From assembly GCF_009914755.1 (NCBI RefSeq), contig NC_060927.1: 64,000 nucleotides of DNA, one strand, 5' to 3'. Positions 11,990 through 24,033 of the stretch are shown in pieces. Every line of letters begins with the position of its first letter. The first letter of the stretch is position 1. The notes below the pieces were generated by a model. The model saw only the letters and a program-made list of their open reading frames with translations. It had not been told where the DNA came from and made no database searches. Origin of the DNA: the human T2T-CHM13v2.0 reference genome, Homo sapiens. A program made the position numbers and the translations under genes.

Positions 11990-12830
11990 CCCCTTTTTTA
12001 CACCTGAGTCCGTATCTTAGCAAATGGTCCCCTGGGAGGTGGAAACTTAGGAATCATTCTTATTGTTCTTTTCATTTCCACCCCTATGTCATCCAGTTAA
12101 TCTCCAAATGTTGTGAATTCCCCCTTTTAAATCTCTCTTCTGGACTCTTCATCCTTGCTCTTTCAATGTTGGTTCATACCAACATTATTTCTCACCTGGA
12201 TTATAGAACAGCCTTGCAAATGGCCTGCCAATTTTAGCCCCTCTTCATACTCTATCCAGACTGAGCTGTCTACAACACGTATGTAATCTCACTGCTTAAA
12301 ACCTCTCATTTACTAGTAGTAGGTCCAAAGACCTTGCAATGGCTTATAAGGCTTTGTACGCACAGGCCAGCAATTACTTCTCATACCTTGCTCCTCTTCT
12401 CTCCACTTCCTCCATCTTGCCACTGTGTTGCAACCATCCTGAACTTTTCTGGGTTCCATGAAAGTGTCATGTTTTTCCTTAACACTGTGTTTTTGCATGT
12501 GCTGTTTCCCCTGCCAAGAAAACTTGAATGCTTGCCCTTGCCTTCTGCCCTACTTCCCACTATTTCAATTCTCAGTTAAATGTCCTTCCTTTGGGAAGTT
12601 TTCCTGACCTCTCAAGTCAGAGTTAGGTGCCCCACCCATGTGGGGGGTGTTCTCACGGCACCTTGTAAAACTCCTCATTGTAATTATCTTCTGTGGTAAT
12701 TGTCTGGGTCCCCAGTAGTCTGAAAAGCAGCAAGAAAGTAAAGTCCTCATGTCTATTTTCTTTTTATTTTTTTCATCATCATAGCTCTTGTACCTAGCAC
12801 TGTACCTGGCACAGAGTAAATACTAACTGT
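11990..12830 (+). mobile_element. L2
   Basis: tctcacctggattatagaacagcc, tttgcatgtgctgtttcccctgcc, cctagcactgtacctggcacagagta. Confidence 0.8.
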
Positions 12831-13104
12831 ACTTCCTCATAGGTGGGAATTTATGAAGTATATTGTCCTGGAAAATAATTTAATGAAGCTGGTGAAAGAG
12901 CTAAGTTTTGAGATACAAAAGGTTCCTTCCCAGAGGTCCTTGAAATCAAACCATGCTTCCTACGTATACGCCCACATTTGTGTGGCAGAATCATTACATA
13001 AAACCGAGCTCTCCTGCTAATTTTGAGAACTGATCTCCTTCTATATCCTTCAATAATTTTCACATTCTTTTTTTCTCTATTGTACATCTACCTAGATCAA
13101 AGAA

Positions 13105-13578
13105 TCATAGGAAGCCAGCGTGGCTCAGCCATGGTGAGTGAGGGGGAGAAGAAGAGGGGGTGAGATCTGTGAGTCTGGGCCACATCACACAGGGCCTGGT
13201 AGGCCATGTGGAAGAGCGAATATTTTATTTTTAGTCTAATGGAAAACCTTTAAAGAGTTTAAATCACAGTGGTGACTTCATCACTCTGGCTTCTTTGTGG
13301 AAAATGGGTTGGAGGATGATCCAAAAGACCAAAGAGAAAGACCAGTTAATAGATCATTGAAACATTTCAAAGGGAGGATGGTGGCTTGACCCAGCAGGAC
13401 AGAAATGGAGATGGTGGGAGTGTGCAGACTCAGGATCTATTTTGGAGGCAGAATAGGTAGGAGTTGCTGAGAGTTTGGATTTGGGGGTGAGGGAAAGAGG
13501 AAGCAAGTATGATTTCTAGGTTTTGGGATTAAATACCTGGGTGAATGGTGCCGCCATTTACTGAGATGGGAAGACAGC
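13105..13578 (-). mobile_element. L2 (antisense); a short sense L2 fragment follows to ~13820
   Basis: cacacagggcctggtaggccatg, ggtgaatggtgccgccatttactgagatgggaagac. Confidence 0.8.
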
Positions 13579-14539
13579 AACTCCCAATTTTCAAGGCTCA
13601 GCTCAGTCCTCACTTCCTCCATGAAAGCTGTCATCAGGTCCAGTCTCCAACCTTCTCTCTTTCCTCTCAACCACTCGGGAAATCATTGTCTGCACCACTC
13701 ATCTTTTCAGGAGTATGTGCTGAACTCCTCAACCTGGCGCACATTCCTTGAAGGTGAGGGACCCCTTTCACATCCAGAAATGCCTTGGATGTAGTGCTCC
13801 ATCAAATTTGCTGCTTGGGGAATTAAAGACAATTCCCATGCAGCAAACATCCTTGAAGCTGCTAAGAATATCCTGCCACCCACGGGACTAAATGTTCACA
13901 TCCTCCAGTTCATATCTCAATTGAACATTTTAAAAAGCCCATTACCAAAAGCCATTGAAAAATATGTTTCTCTCTACTTCTTAAAGAAAGGCATTTAATG
14001 TCTATTATATGCTCTATTGTTATTTAGTGTTATCCCTTTTCACTTGATATATAGTTACTTTTCTTCCCCATTATTAAGTATTACCTTAAAATGCAACCTC
14101 ATTTCCTCTTGTACTAAATAGATATTGAGGATAAGTTTCTCCTCACTGAAAACACTTTGAAATATTTCAAGTACATTTCCTTTTCTACACTGTTCATTCA
14201 CAGTTTGGTTCAAAGGCTTTTTTTAAAAAAAAAAACAACTTTAAGATACCATAATATCACCTTTCAGTTCATTTTTAAAGTTTTTCAGAAATATAAATCT
14301 GATGCAAATTTGGAATTAGACATTTATTGTAGCTTCCCACACAAAGCTAGAATGCTGTCTATAATATTCTTAACAGTAAAAAGGGAACATAATCATGAAG
14401 AACTTATGCAGAGGCAGGAATTAGGCTTTTTCTTGTTCTTCTTTTCGATTCATGACCTTTGAGAAGTACTAAGAAAAGTATATTTTTGTTCATAATCTAC
14501 TGTAGTACTGAGATAGGCGTTTTATACACCTGCTGTCAT

Positions 14540-14700
14540 TTAACTAGCCCAATCACCTAATGATAGATTTTTACCTCCATTTCACAGATATTTGGCAGGG
14601 TTTAATGATTTGTCTGAAGACACACAGCTAGAAGAAGCAGGTCTGCATCCAAATCCAGGTCCTGGTGAATCTAAAGCTCAAGGTATTTTTTCTACACAAT
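14540..14700 (-). mobile_element. MIR
   Basis: tccatttcacagat, tgatttgtctgaagacacacagctag, aatccaggtc. Confidence 0.65.
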
Positions 14701-14714
14701 TATTCATTCAGACT

Positions 14715-15270
14715 GTAGGGATGAGGAAGGGAATCACCTTAGGAAAAGCCTAGTTCCATTGCAGCAATAACCAAACTATTTGTAAATTCTTCCTTAAATC
14801 AAGCCAAATCCTGAAATTTTTATTCACTGTTGGTCCTACCATCTAAAACAAGAGATCTTTAAATGTATTTTACAGGGTCCTGTGAGATCCCTGCTATTAT
14901 GTGGCAATTTTGCATTTATAATAAATGTATTTTCTCAGGAGAGGTCTTTTTTTTAAATAACATCAAACTGCCAAAGGGATCTGTTATCCCTCTTTCCCAA
15001 AGGATAAAACTCTTTTCCTGAGGGAAATACAGGACAAGTGTCTTCCTTGCTCTGTGCTTCAGTCCTTCTCATGCTTAAAAATAGCTGTAATCACTCCTGC
15101 AGTCTTTTCTTCTCCAGATCGCACATTCCCAATTCTTTCAGCCTTTCTTTGTAACATGGAACACCCCAAACCTTCAGCCTCTACAGAGCCATTCTTTGGA
15201 ACATATTCCAGGTGTCCCCTCAAGTATGGTACTCGAGGAAACTAAATGTCTCTCAAAGGATGGCACTAGG
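14715..15270 (-). mobile_element. L3/CR1 fragment interrupted by a hAT MITE (~14870-15010)
   Basis: aaattcttccttaaatcaagccaaat; cttttcttctccagatcgcacattcccaattctttcagcc resemble antisense L3. Confidence 0.6.
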
Positions 15271-15683
15271 AATGGATTACACATTTTTTATTCATATATT
15301 CCTGCAGGGTCTTATTTCAGAATAGGAAGGTAATTTAATTTCCTTTTACAATTCTCCTTAACATTTTTGAAGTTTAAAAAACACAGGATTATAATCTATA
15401 TCGATGTATTACCCTCCTTCCTCTCCCTGCCCCCGACGGAAAAGCTTGAAATTTAGGAATTATATTTTCTTTGTCTTTTAATTCCAATTCAGGACACATG
15501 AGAATTACTGGACAAGTACGTTTCTGTAATCCCACCCTTAGGAAGGATACATTAGAATTTTAAGAGAAGTTGTCCATTGGAAGCCCATGCCCTGATGGAC
15601 ACGTCTTGACCCACACATTAATTGCAACACAATCTCCTTCAGTGTTCACACACAGAGCATCACGGGGGTGGTTTGACACTTAC

Positions 15684-15781
15684 CCTGCTGTCCTCTGGGC
15701 TTTTAGGACCTGCCGACATCGCTACATCCTCAGCATGAGCTTCTCATTCTCTACTTCCAAGTCAGATAGAATGAAGGCATT
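15684..15781 (-). ncRNA. Candidate non-coding exon (98 nt) or 3' part of a first exon
   Basis: Strong minus-strand donor AGG|gtaagt and acceptor tttatttgtttag|AA; stops in all three frames. Confidence 0.3.
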
Positions 15782-15809
15782 CTAAACAAATAAACCACCT
15801 GGGACCCAA

Positions 15810-15905
15810 AGCCACGTCCTGCACTTACGTGGCTAAGCTATCCCAATTATATGTTCTTGAAATGCACCTTAGATGCCTGTGGTGACTGACGCTTGGCTGG
15901 CGTCA
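15810..15905. promoter_or_regulatory. Candidate enhancer/promoter motif cluster (paired ACGTGG sites and paired half-CRE sites)
   Basis: agccacgt-N9-acgtggct at 15810-15834 and tgacgc-N7-gcgtca at 15887-15905; CpGs retained in unique DNA. Confidence 0.3.
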
Positions 15906-16769
15906 TGGCTGTGTGGATTTTGCCACATAACGCACCCAGGCAAACAGCTCACTACTCCAGGCTGCTCTCTCTGGCTCAGGATTCTGCACTGTGCCTCCCG
16001 GCCTTCTATAGGAGCCAGTATCGCAGCAGGAAGATGAGCAAAGCTTGTGGTAACCTAAACCCCTAGTGAAATGAGACTCCTATGGCACTGGGAGGCTGCC
16101 TGGACAGCTAACACCTGACATGCTACCTTATCCACATCTACATACCCTGTTACGATTAGAACTTTACTCTCCTCTCAACTCCAATATACTTACACCAGCC
16201 TGATAATAATAATTGCAGGGAGAAGCAGTTCACTCCACTAATTATGCTGCTTATAACTGGCACAGAGAGCACCGATAATTTGGCTTAAAGTAAGGTTTTA
16301 TGATCCTCATATGTTTAAAGTTTCCTTGGGTTCAAAGCCATTATGATTCAGGCTTGACAATTGTGAGGATGAATTTCAAATATCTCCGTATGTTTCTGTT
16401 TTTTTTCTTTTTTGTTAGAAAAGCATTATTTTGAAAGTGCTCCATGTGACAGCTCTTGTTTGCTCCTGAGGTGCCCAGCTATGAATTGAAAATGCTTTAT
16501 TGCACTCTTTAGAGAACATGTTTCTGCTGGTGTGTAAGGCCTGGAAGCTGTCTGCATGCCAAGGCAATGCCCCCTAAATGAAGTCTTACATAAACCTGAC
16601 AAAGTGTCTTTAGATAGAAGCAATCTCAATGGGCTACTACAGAGTCATGAAAATAACTGCTGGTCAACCACCAAAACAAAATTTGGCTGAGCACATACTT
16701 CTAAAAGCCTGAATCATAGGACTATCATGCCAGTAACATTTCATCATAATATATTTTTTAAATATACTG

Positions 16770-16940
16770 GTATATTCTTTTCTCTCCTCTTTCCATCCTT
16801 TCCTTCCTTTTTTCTCTTTTCCCTTCTCCCTCGGTTCCTTCCTTCCTTTTTTCCTTTCAGAAGACATTGTGCTCACCCTCTCCCCCTTTTTTCTTCCTTC
16901 TCGCCCTCTTGCTCTCACCCTTGTTCCTCCTCCCCCACCA
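16770..16940. repeat. CT-rich low-complexity tract
   Basis: Long polypyrimidine run of ttcc/tttc/cct units. Confidence 0.8.
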
Positions 16941-16959
16941 CATGCTACAGTTCAGACTC

Positions 16960-17530
16960 TACATTTAATTGTCAACTCACCTGATGCCCCTAGAGTCTAC
17001 ACAACCTACACTGCAAATTTTCATCCTCTCTTGAATTATTGCAATGTTATCCAAACCAGATCTCTCCAGAGGGTGGTTTATCAAGTCTCTCCTCTACTTA
17101 ACAACCCTCAATTACTTCCCACCAGGTACAAGCTAAAGTCCTACTTCTCAGCTTCACATACAAGACCCCCGCTCCCAGCCCCAAGTACCACCTTCCACCA
17201 GTCCTATTCCTAACTTCAGTCTCCACAGCACACCTTAAAACATCCTCCACCCCCCAGAACACTTGACACCTCCCAAACAAGCTATGCCTTATCACAACTC
17301 AGAACTGCCCTGTCTGTTCACTCCTTTTCGTGAAAGGCTGAGCCCGTATTTCAGGCAGAAGCCCTTCCCTAACTTCCTCAGGCAAAGTTAGTGACTTTCC
17401 TCCTCAGGTTAACATTGCATTACAAACATTTATTACTATCTGTCTCCCCAAATCGGTTAAGAGTTTCTGGGGCAAAGGTGTCACTGACTCACCCACCAGG
17501 CAGTTGCTCAACAAAGGTTTGCTGAATGAA
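16960..17530 (+). mobile_element. L2
   Basis: gaagcccttccctaac, ends ctcaacaaaggtttgctgaatgaa. Confidence 0.65.
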
Positions 17531-17579
17531 CTTTGTTCCTTTGAGTTTATCCTGTATATTTTATAAGTAAAAAGAAGCC

Positions 17580-17790
17580 GCATAGTATGGGGTCTGTAAG
17601 TATGAGTTTGTGGGTTCAAATTCCACCTGTGACTTGAGCAGGTTATTTAATATCTTGGTGCCTCAGTTTCCCCATATGTGGAAACTTTCCAACTCTAGGG
17701 TGCTTGTGAGAAGTAAACAAGTTGCTACATAGATGGAATACTGCATGGAAAATCGAAAGAGGTGCATGCTACCTGAGTGTTTGTTAAATA
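17580..17790 (+). mobile_element. MIR
   Basis: gggttcaaattcc, tgtgacttgagcaggttatttaa, gcctcagtttcccatatgt. Confidence 0.8.
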
Positions 17791-18207
17791 TAATGGAGGT
17801 AATTCTGATACCCCATGGCTGCCTCTGTTGTGCTCACGGCAGAAGGTTCCCAACACCATCAGGACTCGCTTGATTTCAACGAGCAGATCTTTTATTAGAA
17901 ATGTAAGTGTCTGCCTTACTCCTCCAATAAAAAGAGAGATGCTAACACCAAGAACATTACTCAATCCCATAAGAAAACTAAAAGTGGGCTTATGCCACAC
18001 TCAGAGCCATTGCACTGGCTAGGGTGTTGGGTCTGGAAGGCATACAAAACACAACACAACACAACAAAACAAAACAAAAACCTAGTTAAGAAACTACAAT
18101 TCAATTCTTAGACTACCATATATGGGAAAATTCACATTGGTTCTAAACTGTTAAATAGAAAATATGTCTATATTCACAAAAAGAGATGGAAAGAAGTCTA
18201 ACTTCAG

Positions 18208-18513
18208 CCAGGTTCAGTGGCTCATGCCTGTAATCCCAGCATTTTGAGAGTCCAAGGTGGGCAGATTGCTTAAGCCCAGGAGTTCAAGAATAGCCTGGGA
18301 AACATGGCAAAACCTCATCTCTACTAAAAATGCAAAAAATTAGCCAGGTATGGTGGTGTGTGACTGGAGTCCCAGCTACCTGGGAGACTGAGTCGGGAGG
18401 ATCACCTGACCCTCAGGAAGTCGGGTCTGCAGTGAGCTATGATGGCACCACTGTACTCTACCTTGTCTCAAAAAAGAATGAACGAATGAAAAGAAAGGAA
18501 GGAAGGAAGGAAG
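18208..18513 (+). mobile_element. AluJ with a 3' deletion and (GGAA)n tail
   Basis: Dimeric Alu with J-type gattgcttaagcccaggagttcaag and gtgagctatgatggcaccactg. Confidence 0.92.
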
Positions 18514-18699
18514 GGGCCTAATTTCATGCAATTTGGCTTCAAAAAGTGAGTAGAAGCGAAAATTCAGAGTTCAGAGACAGTCAAAGGGAAGTATGATTCT
18601 TTTTGTTTGCAGGTAAATCAAAAGGGAGAGTCTCTGGGTTGAAATTCTGCAAAATATATTTCACTTAAGTACATCCTTCATGATCAGCCCTGTACACAT

Positions 18700-19128
18700 C
18701 CTGGCTGTATCTTTTGCAAGTGCCTCCTGCATGTGCCTTATGCTCCAGCTGTGCCAACAACCTTCGAGAAACCTGCGCAGAAGCTCACCTTCACACCTGT
18801 GCTTGGTAGCTGCCTTGCCTGGGATGCCCCCCTTCTCGTTGTAACACTCACTCAGGTGTCCACTTTTCCTGGGAAGACTTTTTCTTGCTCTCTTCAAGGA
18901 CCTTTGCTATGAGCCTCCAAGCCCCCTGAAAATACATACACATTTTGCAAAGCATTTATCACATTGCATGACAATTAGTATGTTCACTTTCTCACTCCCT
19001 CACTAGACAGTGAGTCTTTCAAAAAAGAGGGGGACTGTGTCTATTTCCCTGTTGCTTTCTCAATGCCCAGCACAGTGCCTGGAACAAAGTATGTGCCCAA
19101 TAAATGCTCACTGGATATTATTGAACAG
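18700..19128 (+). mobile_element. L2 3' end
   Basis: cactagacagtgagtc, cccagcacagtgcctggaaca, caataaatgc. Confidence 0.75.
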
Positions 19129-19444
19129 ACAGGATTCCCTGTGTATGGAGAGGCAAATTCATTGCCAAATGCCTATGGTAGCAATGTTGGGTCCTCCCCT
19201 GTGCATTGTTTATCAAGGCCATGCCATGGGGATACCACACTAGGGATGTGGGTGAGGAATTTTCACATCTGACTAGGCTGAGATGATTGTACAATTACAC
19301 ATCACTTCTCTCTAGAAAGAGAAATAGTTAGGATTCCTTAAAAGGGTTAGGAATTCCTCAAAAACCATTGCACATGCAGTAGCCTGAACCAAGAATTTAA
19401 AAACTTCTACATGACATTCAACGTTTATGACTCACCCATTTTAG

Positions 19445-20150
19445 GTGAAAATGCAAAGGAGTAGGCATATTAAAGCCACAATGAGAGACTATTACATACC
19501 CATTATAATGACTAAAATTTAAAAAGACTAACATTATCAAGTATTGTAGAAGATATGGAGCAACTGAACTCTCTTACACTGTTGGGGGCACTGTAAATTT
19601 CTATAACCACTTTGCAAAGCTGTTTGAAAGTTTTTAATAAAGTTAAACATATATCTACCCTATAGCCTAGCAAATCTTCCCCTAGGTTTATATCCAAGAG
19701 AAATGGATATGTCCACCAAAAGACAGTCCCAAACTGGAAACAATCCAGTTTTCTGTTACACAAGAAAATGAATAAACATACTGTGGTATATCCATGTACT
19801 CAATACTACTCTGCAATAAAAAAGAATAAAATACTGACATATGTAACAACAGGTATGAATCTTACAAATGTTATGTTGAGCAAAAAATGTCAAATACAAA
19901 AGAATATGTATTATGTAATATGTAAAAGAAGTTCAAGAACAGATAAAAACATTTATCAACGGTGATGAAATTCAGAAAAGTGGTAATCCTGGTATGGGGC
20001 AGGCAGTGACAGAGAGGGGCATGGGCAAACTTCAGTGTTGCTGGAAATGTTTTGTATGTTCTTCCAAGTGGTAGTTACATGGGTATACAACTACATAAAA
20101 AAATGGAGCTTTATATGCTTTAGCATGTGCATGTTATAGCACACTAAAAA
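19445..20150 (+). mobile_element. L1M (L1MC/ME-like) 3' end
   Basis: ccacaatgagagactattacatacc, gagcaactgaactctcttacactgttgg, tactactctgcaataaaaaagaat. Confidence 0.88.
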
Positions 20151-20818
20151 GTTTTTCTTCATAAACTCAATGGACAGATCCCCTAGACGAGTAGAAGGGA
20201 CAAAACACCCCATCACTCATATAAAATTCAGAGAATGGGTCATATACACCCTTGCTTGTTCAGGGAAAAAGATCAGCACCGAATAAAAGCTGACACATGT
20301 TCCAGTGGAACTGGCATGGTTGCGGAACACAGCATTATGGCAAACTCAGTGTATTCAAACAACCGAGGGCAAAGACATCCACTGCTCTGGAGGTCACACC
20401 TGTAGCATGACTCCCTTTTGGGGATGAGTGGACATCCCAGCTACGCTCTCTATTATGGGAGTCTAGCAACAGAGGCCCTTCTCAGTCATATACTTTCAGT
20501 CAAGTCATTGCTTCGGGTGCCACTTTTTGAAAGTCACTTCATAAAAGAATAATGCTAAAACCCTCCGAAGAGTGTAAGCATACTAAAACCAGAAGAGAGA
20601 AAATAAAGAAAAACTTTGCAGAAATGTGAGATTACCCTAAGATGATCAGAAATCTCAAATACTTGAAGCCTGCTGTGTCTGCTATGCCTGTCCAATCGAA
20701 AGGAAAGAGATGCTCCAGAAAAATGTATTGTCTGCTCTTTACCAAACAGGGTTTTGGCTCCTAATAAGAGTTGAACCGGATTATCACGTGAGGAGCTGCA
20801 GAATTTCTTTTACTCTTT

Positions 20819-20984
20819 CAGTGTTTCTCAACAAGGACATTATGGCATTCAGGGCAGGACAAATGTTTGGGTGCAGGACTGTCCTTGTTCTGAATGTCCT
20901 AAAGGCCAGTAGCATCCCAGCCCTCCCATCACTGTGACACCAACAAAATGTATGAACATGTTTCTGAGTTGAGAACCAGCACTG
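20819..20984 (-). mobile_element. MER20-like hAT MITE with an internal deletion
   Basis: Termini cagtgtttctcaac ... gttgagaaccagcactg. Confidence 0.6.
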
Positions 20985-21749
20985 ATGTTTTGGCAGAAGA
21001 TTTAATTGGCATCCTGATGGCCTAATCCACCCTGAATTAGAATCTACAGTCAGTCTTCTGGTTGGTGTTTCTAGTATTAAATATCAAGTGTAAATATCTA
21101 ATGTTAAACATAATATTAATAACAAATTAGTCAACATTTGACAAAAAAAGGGGGAGGACTTTGCTCAAAGGTCCAAATTTCCAGTCCCTCAAGAAGTGAC
21201 TCATTGAACTTACCCACCCAACCCTTGCTGGCATTTGCATTTGCAATCTTGGACTTGAGGCCTATGTGGCAGGAAGGTCAAGCAGCCAGGCACTTATTTC
21301 CTTTCTCCTCTGTCCATTGGGTCTCACCAATTAGACTGTGAAAGGAGGAAGCTAGCAAAGAAGATGACAGAAAGAGCCATCTCTTTAAGGCCTGGAGCAG
21401 AGCTCATCTAAGCCACTACCCAGGTCTCTTTCTCTTACCAACCCTTTCCCCCAAGAGGACAGAGTTTCAGGTGTATCTTCTGGCAAACAGAGCCAGGGAA
21501 GAAAAATCAGCAGAAGAAAAGTATTTCTTTAGAATTATTTATTCTAAAGTCCATGAACCTTATCAAAGTGAGTGACTTTGCCCAGTTTTACACCCCCAGT
21601 CTCCATCTCAATGTGTAGGCTTAAATAACATAACCAGTTGTGTTACTATAATGACCTAATAGCACATCCCTGCAGACTCCACTTCATTCCTGCATCCATT
21701 CAGAGGAGGCCCAAAAGCAGGGTCTCTTCATCTGGTTTCCACATCCCTA

Positions 21750-22150
21750 GGCAGTGTATCCCGAAGAGTGATATGAAAGATAAGTTTAGGGGGTAGGTTT
21801 ATGAATTTTTGAAAGAATAGTACTAATTTTTTTTACAGTTATCTTTTGCTTTTAATAAATGATACATTTTTCATTTATAGAAATAACATAGATTCCTTTT
21901 AAAATAATTTATGTAAATCCAAAAGGTCAACTATAAAAAAATGTGAGACTGGGGATGAAATTATGGCAGTTTGGGATGATTTTTACCTCAGGAGGGTCTA
22001 AGACGGGCTTCTAAGGTTTCATAAATTCCTTGAAAATTTATGGGGGATTGTATGCTAATATAATTTTTTTTTTTCTGGGAGGAAGGTCCACAGTTTTCAT
22101 AAGGTTCCCCTAAAGAACCGTGAATCCAAAATGTTAGGAATGATTGTCCT
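21750..22150. mobile_element. Two adjacent hAT-Charlie MITE fragments
   Basis: ttttctgggaggaaggtccacagttttcat...aatgttaggaatgattg, the same family as ~14870-15010 and ~43570-43740. Confidence 0.5.
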
Positions 22151-22159
22151 AGAATCTAT

Positions 22160-22482
22160 GCTGTGATGTTCAACACTGTAGCCACTAGTCACTAACCACA
22201 CATAGCTGCTAGGCACTTCATACTTGCCTAGTTCAAATGAGATGTGCTATAAGTATAAGATACACACTAGATTTTGAAGACACCATGAAAAATAGAATGT
22301 AGAATATCTCATTAATATTTTTCTGCTGGTTACTTGTTGGAATACTATTTTACATATTGAGTTAGAAAATGCAGTATTAAAATAAATTTCACCTTTTTTT
22401 TTAATGTGGTTACTAGGAAATTTAAAATTACAGATGTGAGTTGGATTTGTGGCTTACTTTATATATTTAGTGGACAGTACTG
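22160..22482. mobile_element. MER33
   Basis: gtagccactag, gagatgtgctataagtataagatacacactagattttgaagac, aatgtggttactaggaaatttaaaattaca, ggacagtactg. Confidence 0.88.
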
Positions 22483-23870
22483 GGTTATAGTATAAGGCCA
22501 AGAAAAATAAGATAATCTCTGAAGTCCAAGAGAAATTAGAATTATGAATATATTTTAAGGCATATTTATAATGTAAGAAACAAGATAAATTTTGAGAAAA
22601 AAATGAATTTTTACAAAATATTGATTTGGAGAGAAACAATTATACAGGTATACACTTCACTTTGTCCCCTTAATCACTTAGCCAGGAAAATAAACCAGTA
22701 GTAGAAGCTTAAACTGTTCTATTCTTTCAAATTAAAACTACAGTTTCCATAGATTCAAATGAAGGTAGAAAACAGTAACGGTTTTAAAGTTCCTGGGAAA
22801 AGTAGGTAAATGATTTAAGTATCATTTTCTTTGGTTAATATAATCTATATCCACCAAATAACAAAGAGTTTATTGTATTTGCTTTGGGCCAGGCCCACCT
22901 CCCATCTCTGTCTGATGGCCCCTCACTAGGATAATTAAAATGTCTAAGTCTTTTAGAGGAACTCCTGAAACTCCTTTCTTTGCCTGGACAGAAGCTTTCA
23001 TCTCTGGGTCTGCACATCTTGGGGCATCACAATCTCTCTTCAGCATTTCCTTTCTGAACTGAAAGCTGATTCCTTCAATGTATAGTTGCTCAGGTGCAAA
23101 GGAATATTACTGTGAATTGTTTTCTTTTCCATTGTTATTATCAAGGCAATGGTTCATCTAGATCCTTCTACTGGAAGTCATTTCTTGTTACAGAAGCTTG
23201 TATTTTCTATGGCTGATCAATATATGAGAATAGTCCCATGTTCATTTTATTGCATGGTCCTGCATCTAATCATCTAATCTTTCACAGAAAAGATTAGCTC
23301 CATCTCTCCTACCTAATATCCTGCCACCTTTTGTAACACAAACACGATTTGGGTGCTAATAAATGTATCAGTCCCAGATCGGTACAGATACAGAGCTCAT
23401 GAGTGAATTTGGCCATAAGAGCATTTTTCTTATGAGCATTACATTCATGCCCACTTGTTTCCCATTCACTCCCATTCTGTTCCTCAAAAATCTATAGCAG
23501 AAGGCCTATTGGTGTTTAGGGTTTCCATAAAGTGATGTCATTCCGTTGAGCTTTAAGTGGCCCACAGATAATGTTACCATCATGTTTTCTTCAATGAGAT
23601 GACTTGTTCTAACTAAGTCAGGCCCCAGGCAACCACCATTCCTACGCACGGTTTTTGGTTTTTTTTTTTTTGGATCCTGTTGTCTCTTTACTTTCTGGGA
23701 GCAGCATTTCTGCCCTTTAAAATGGCAACTGCTCCCCAAGCCAAGCAAGACAGGAGCTGTTAATGGCTCTGTTTGTTTTCAAATAGCATTCTTAGGGAGG
23801 AACAACCATCATACAATACATCTAGCTATGTGGAGTGCAAGAGCTCCACTTGCATGTTGACTTGTTGACT

Positions 23871-24033
23871 CAGCCTTCTCCAATTTTACTGTGCATAAAA
23901 ATCACCTGGGATCTTGTTAAAGTACAGATTCTGATTCATTAGATCTGGAGTGAGTCCTGAGATTCTGCATTCCTAACCAGCTCCCTGGTGGGGCCAATGC
24001 TTCTAGCCACAAACCATGCTTTGAGCAGCAAAG
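23871..24033 (-). mobile_element. MER5A1-like MITE
   Basis: aatcacctgggatcttgttaaagtacagattctgattca, cctgagattctgcattcctaaccagctccc. Confidence 0.85.
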
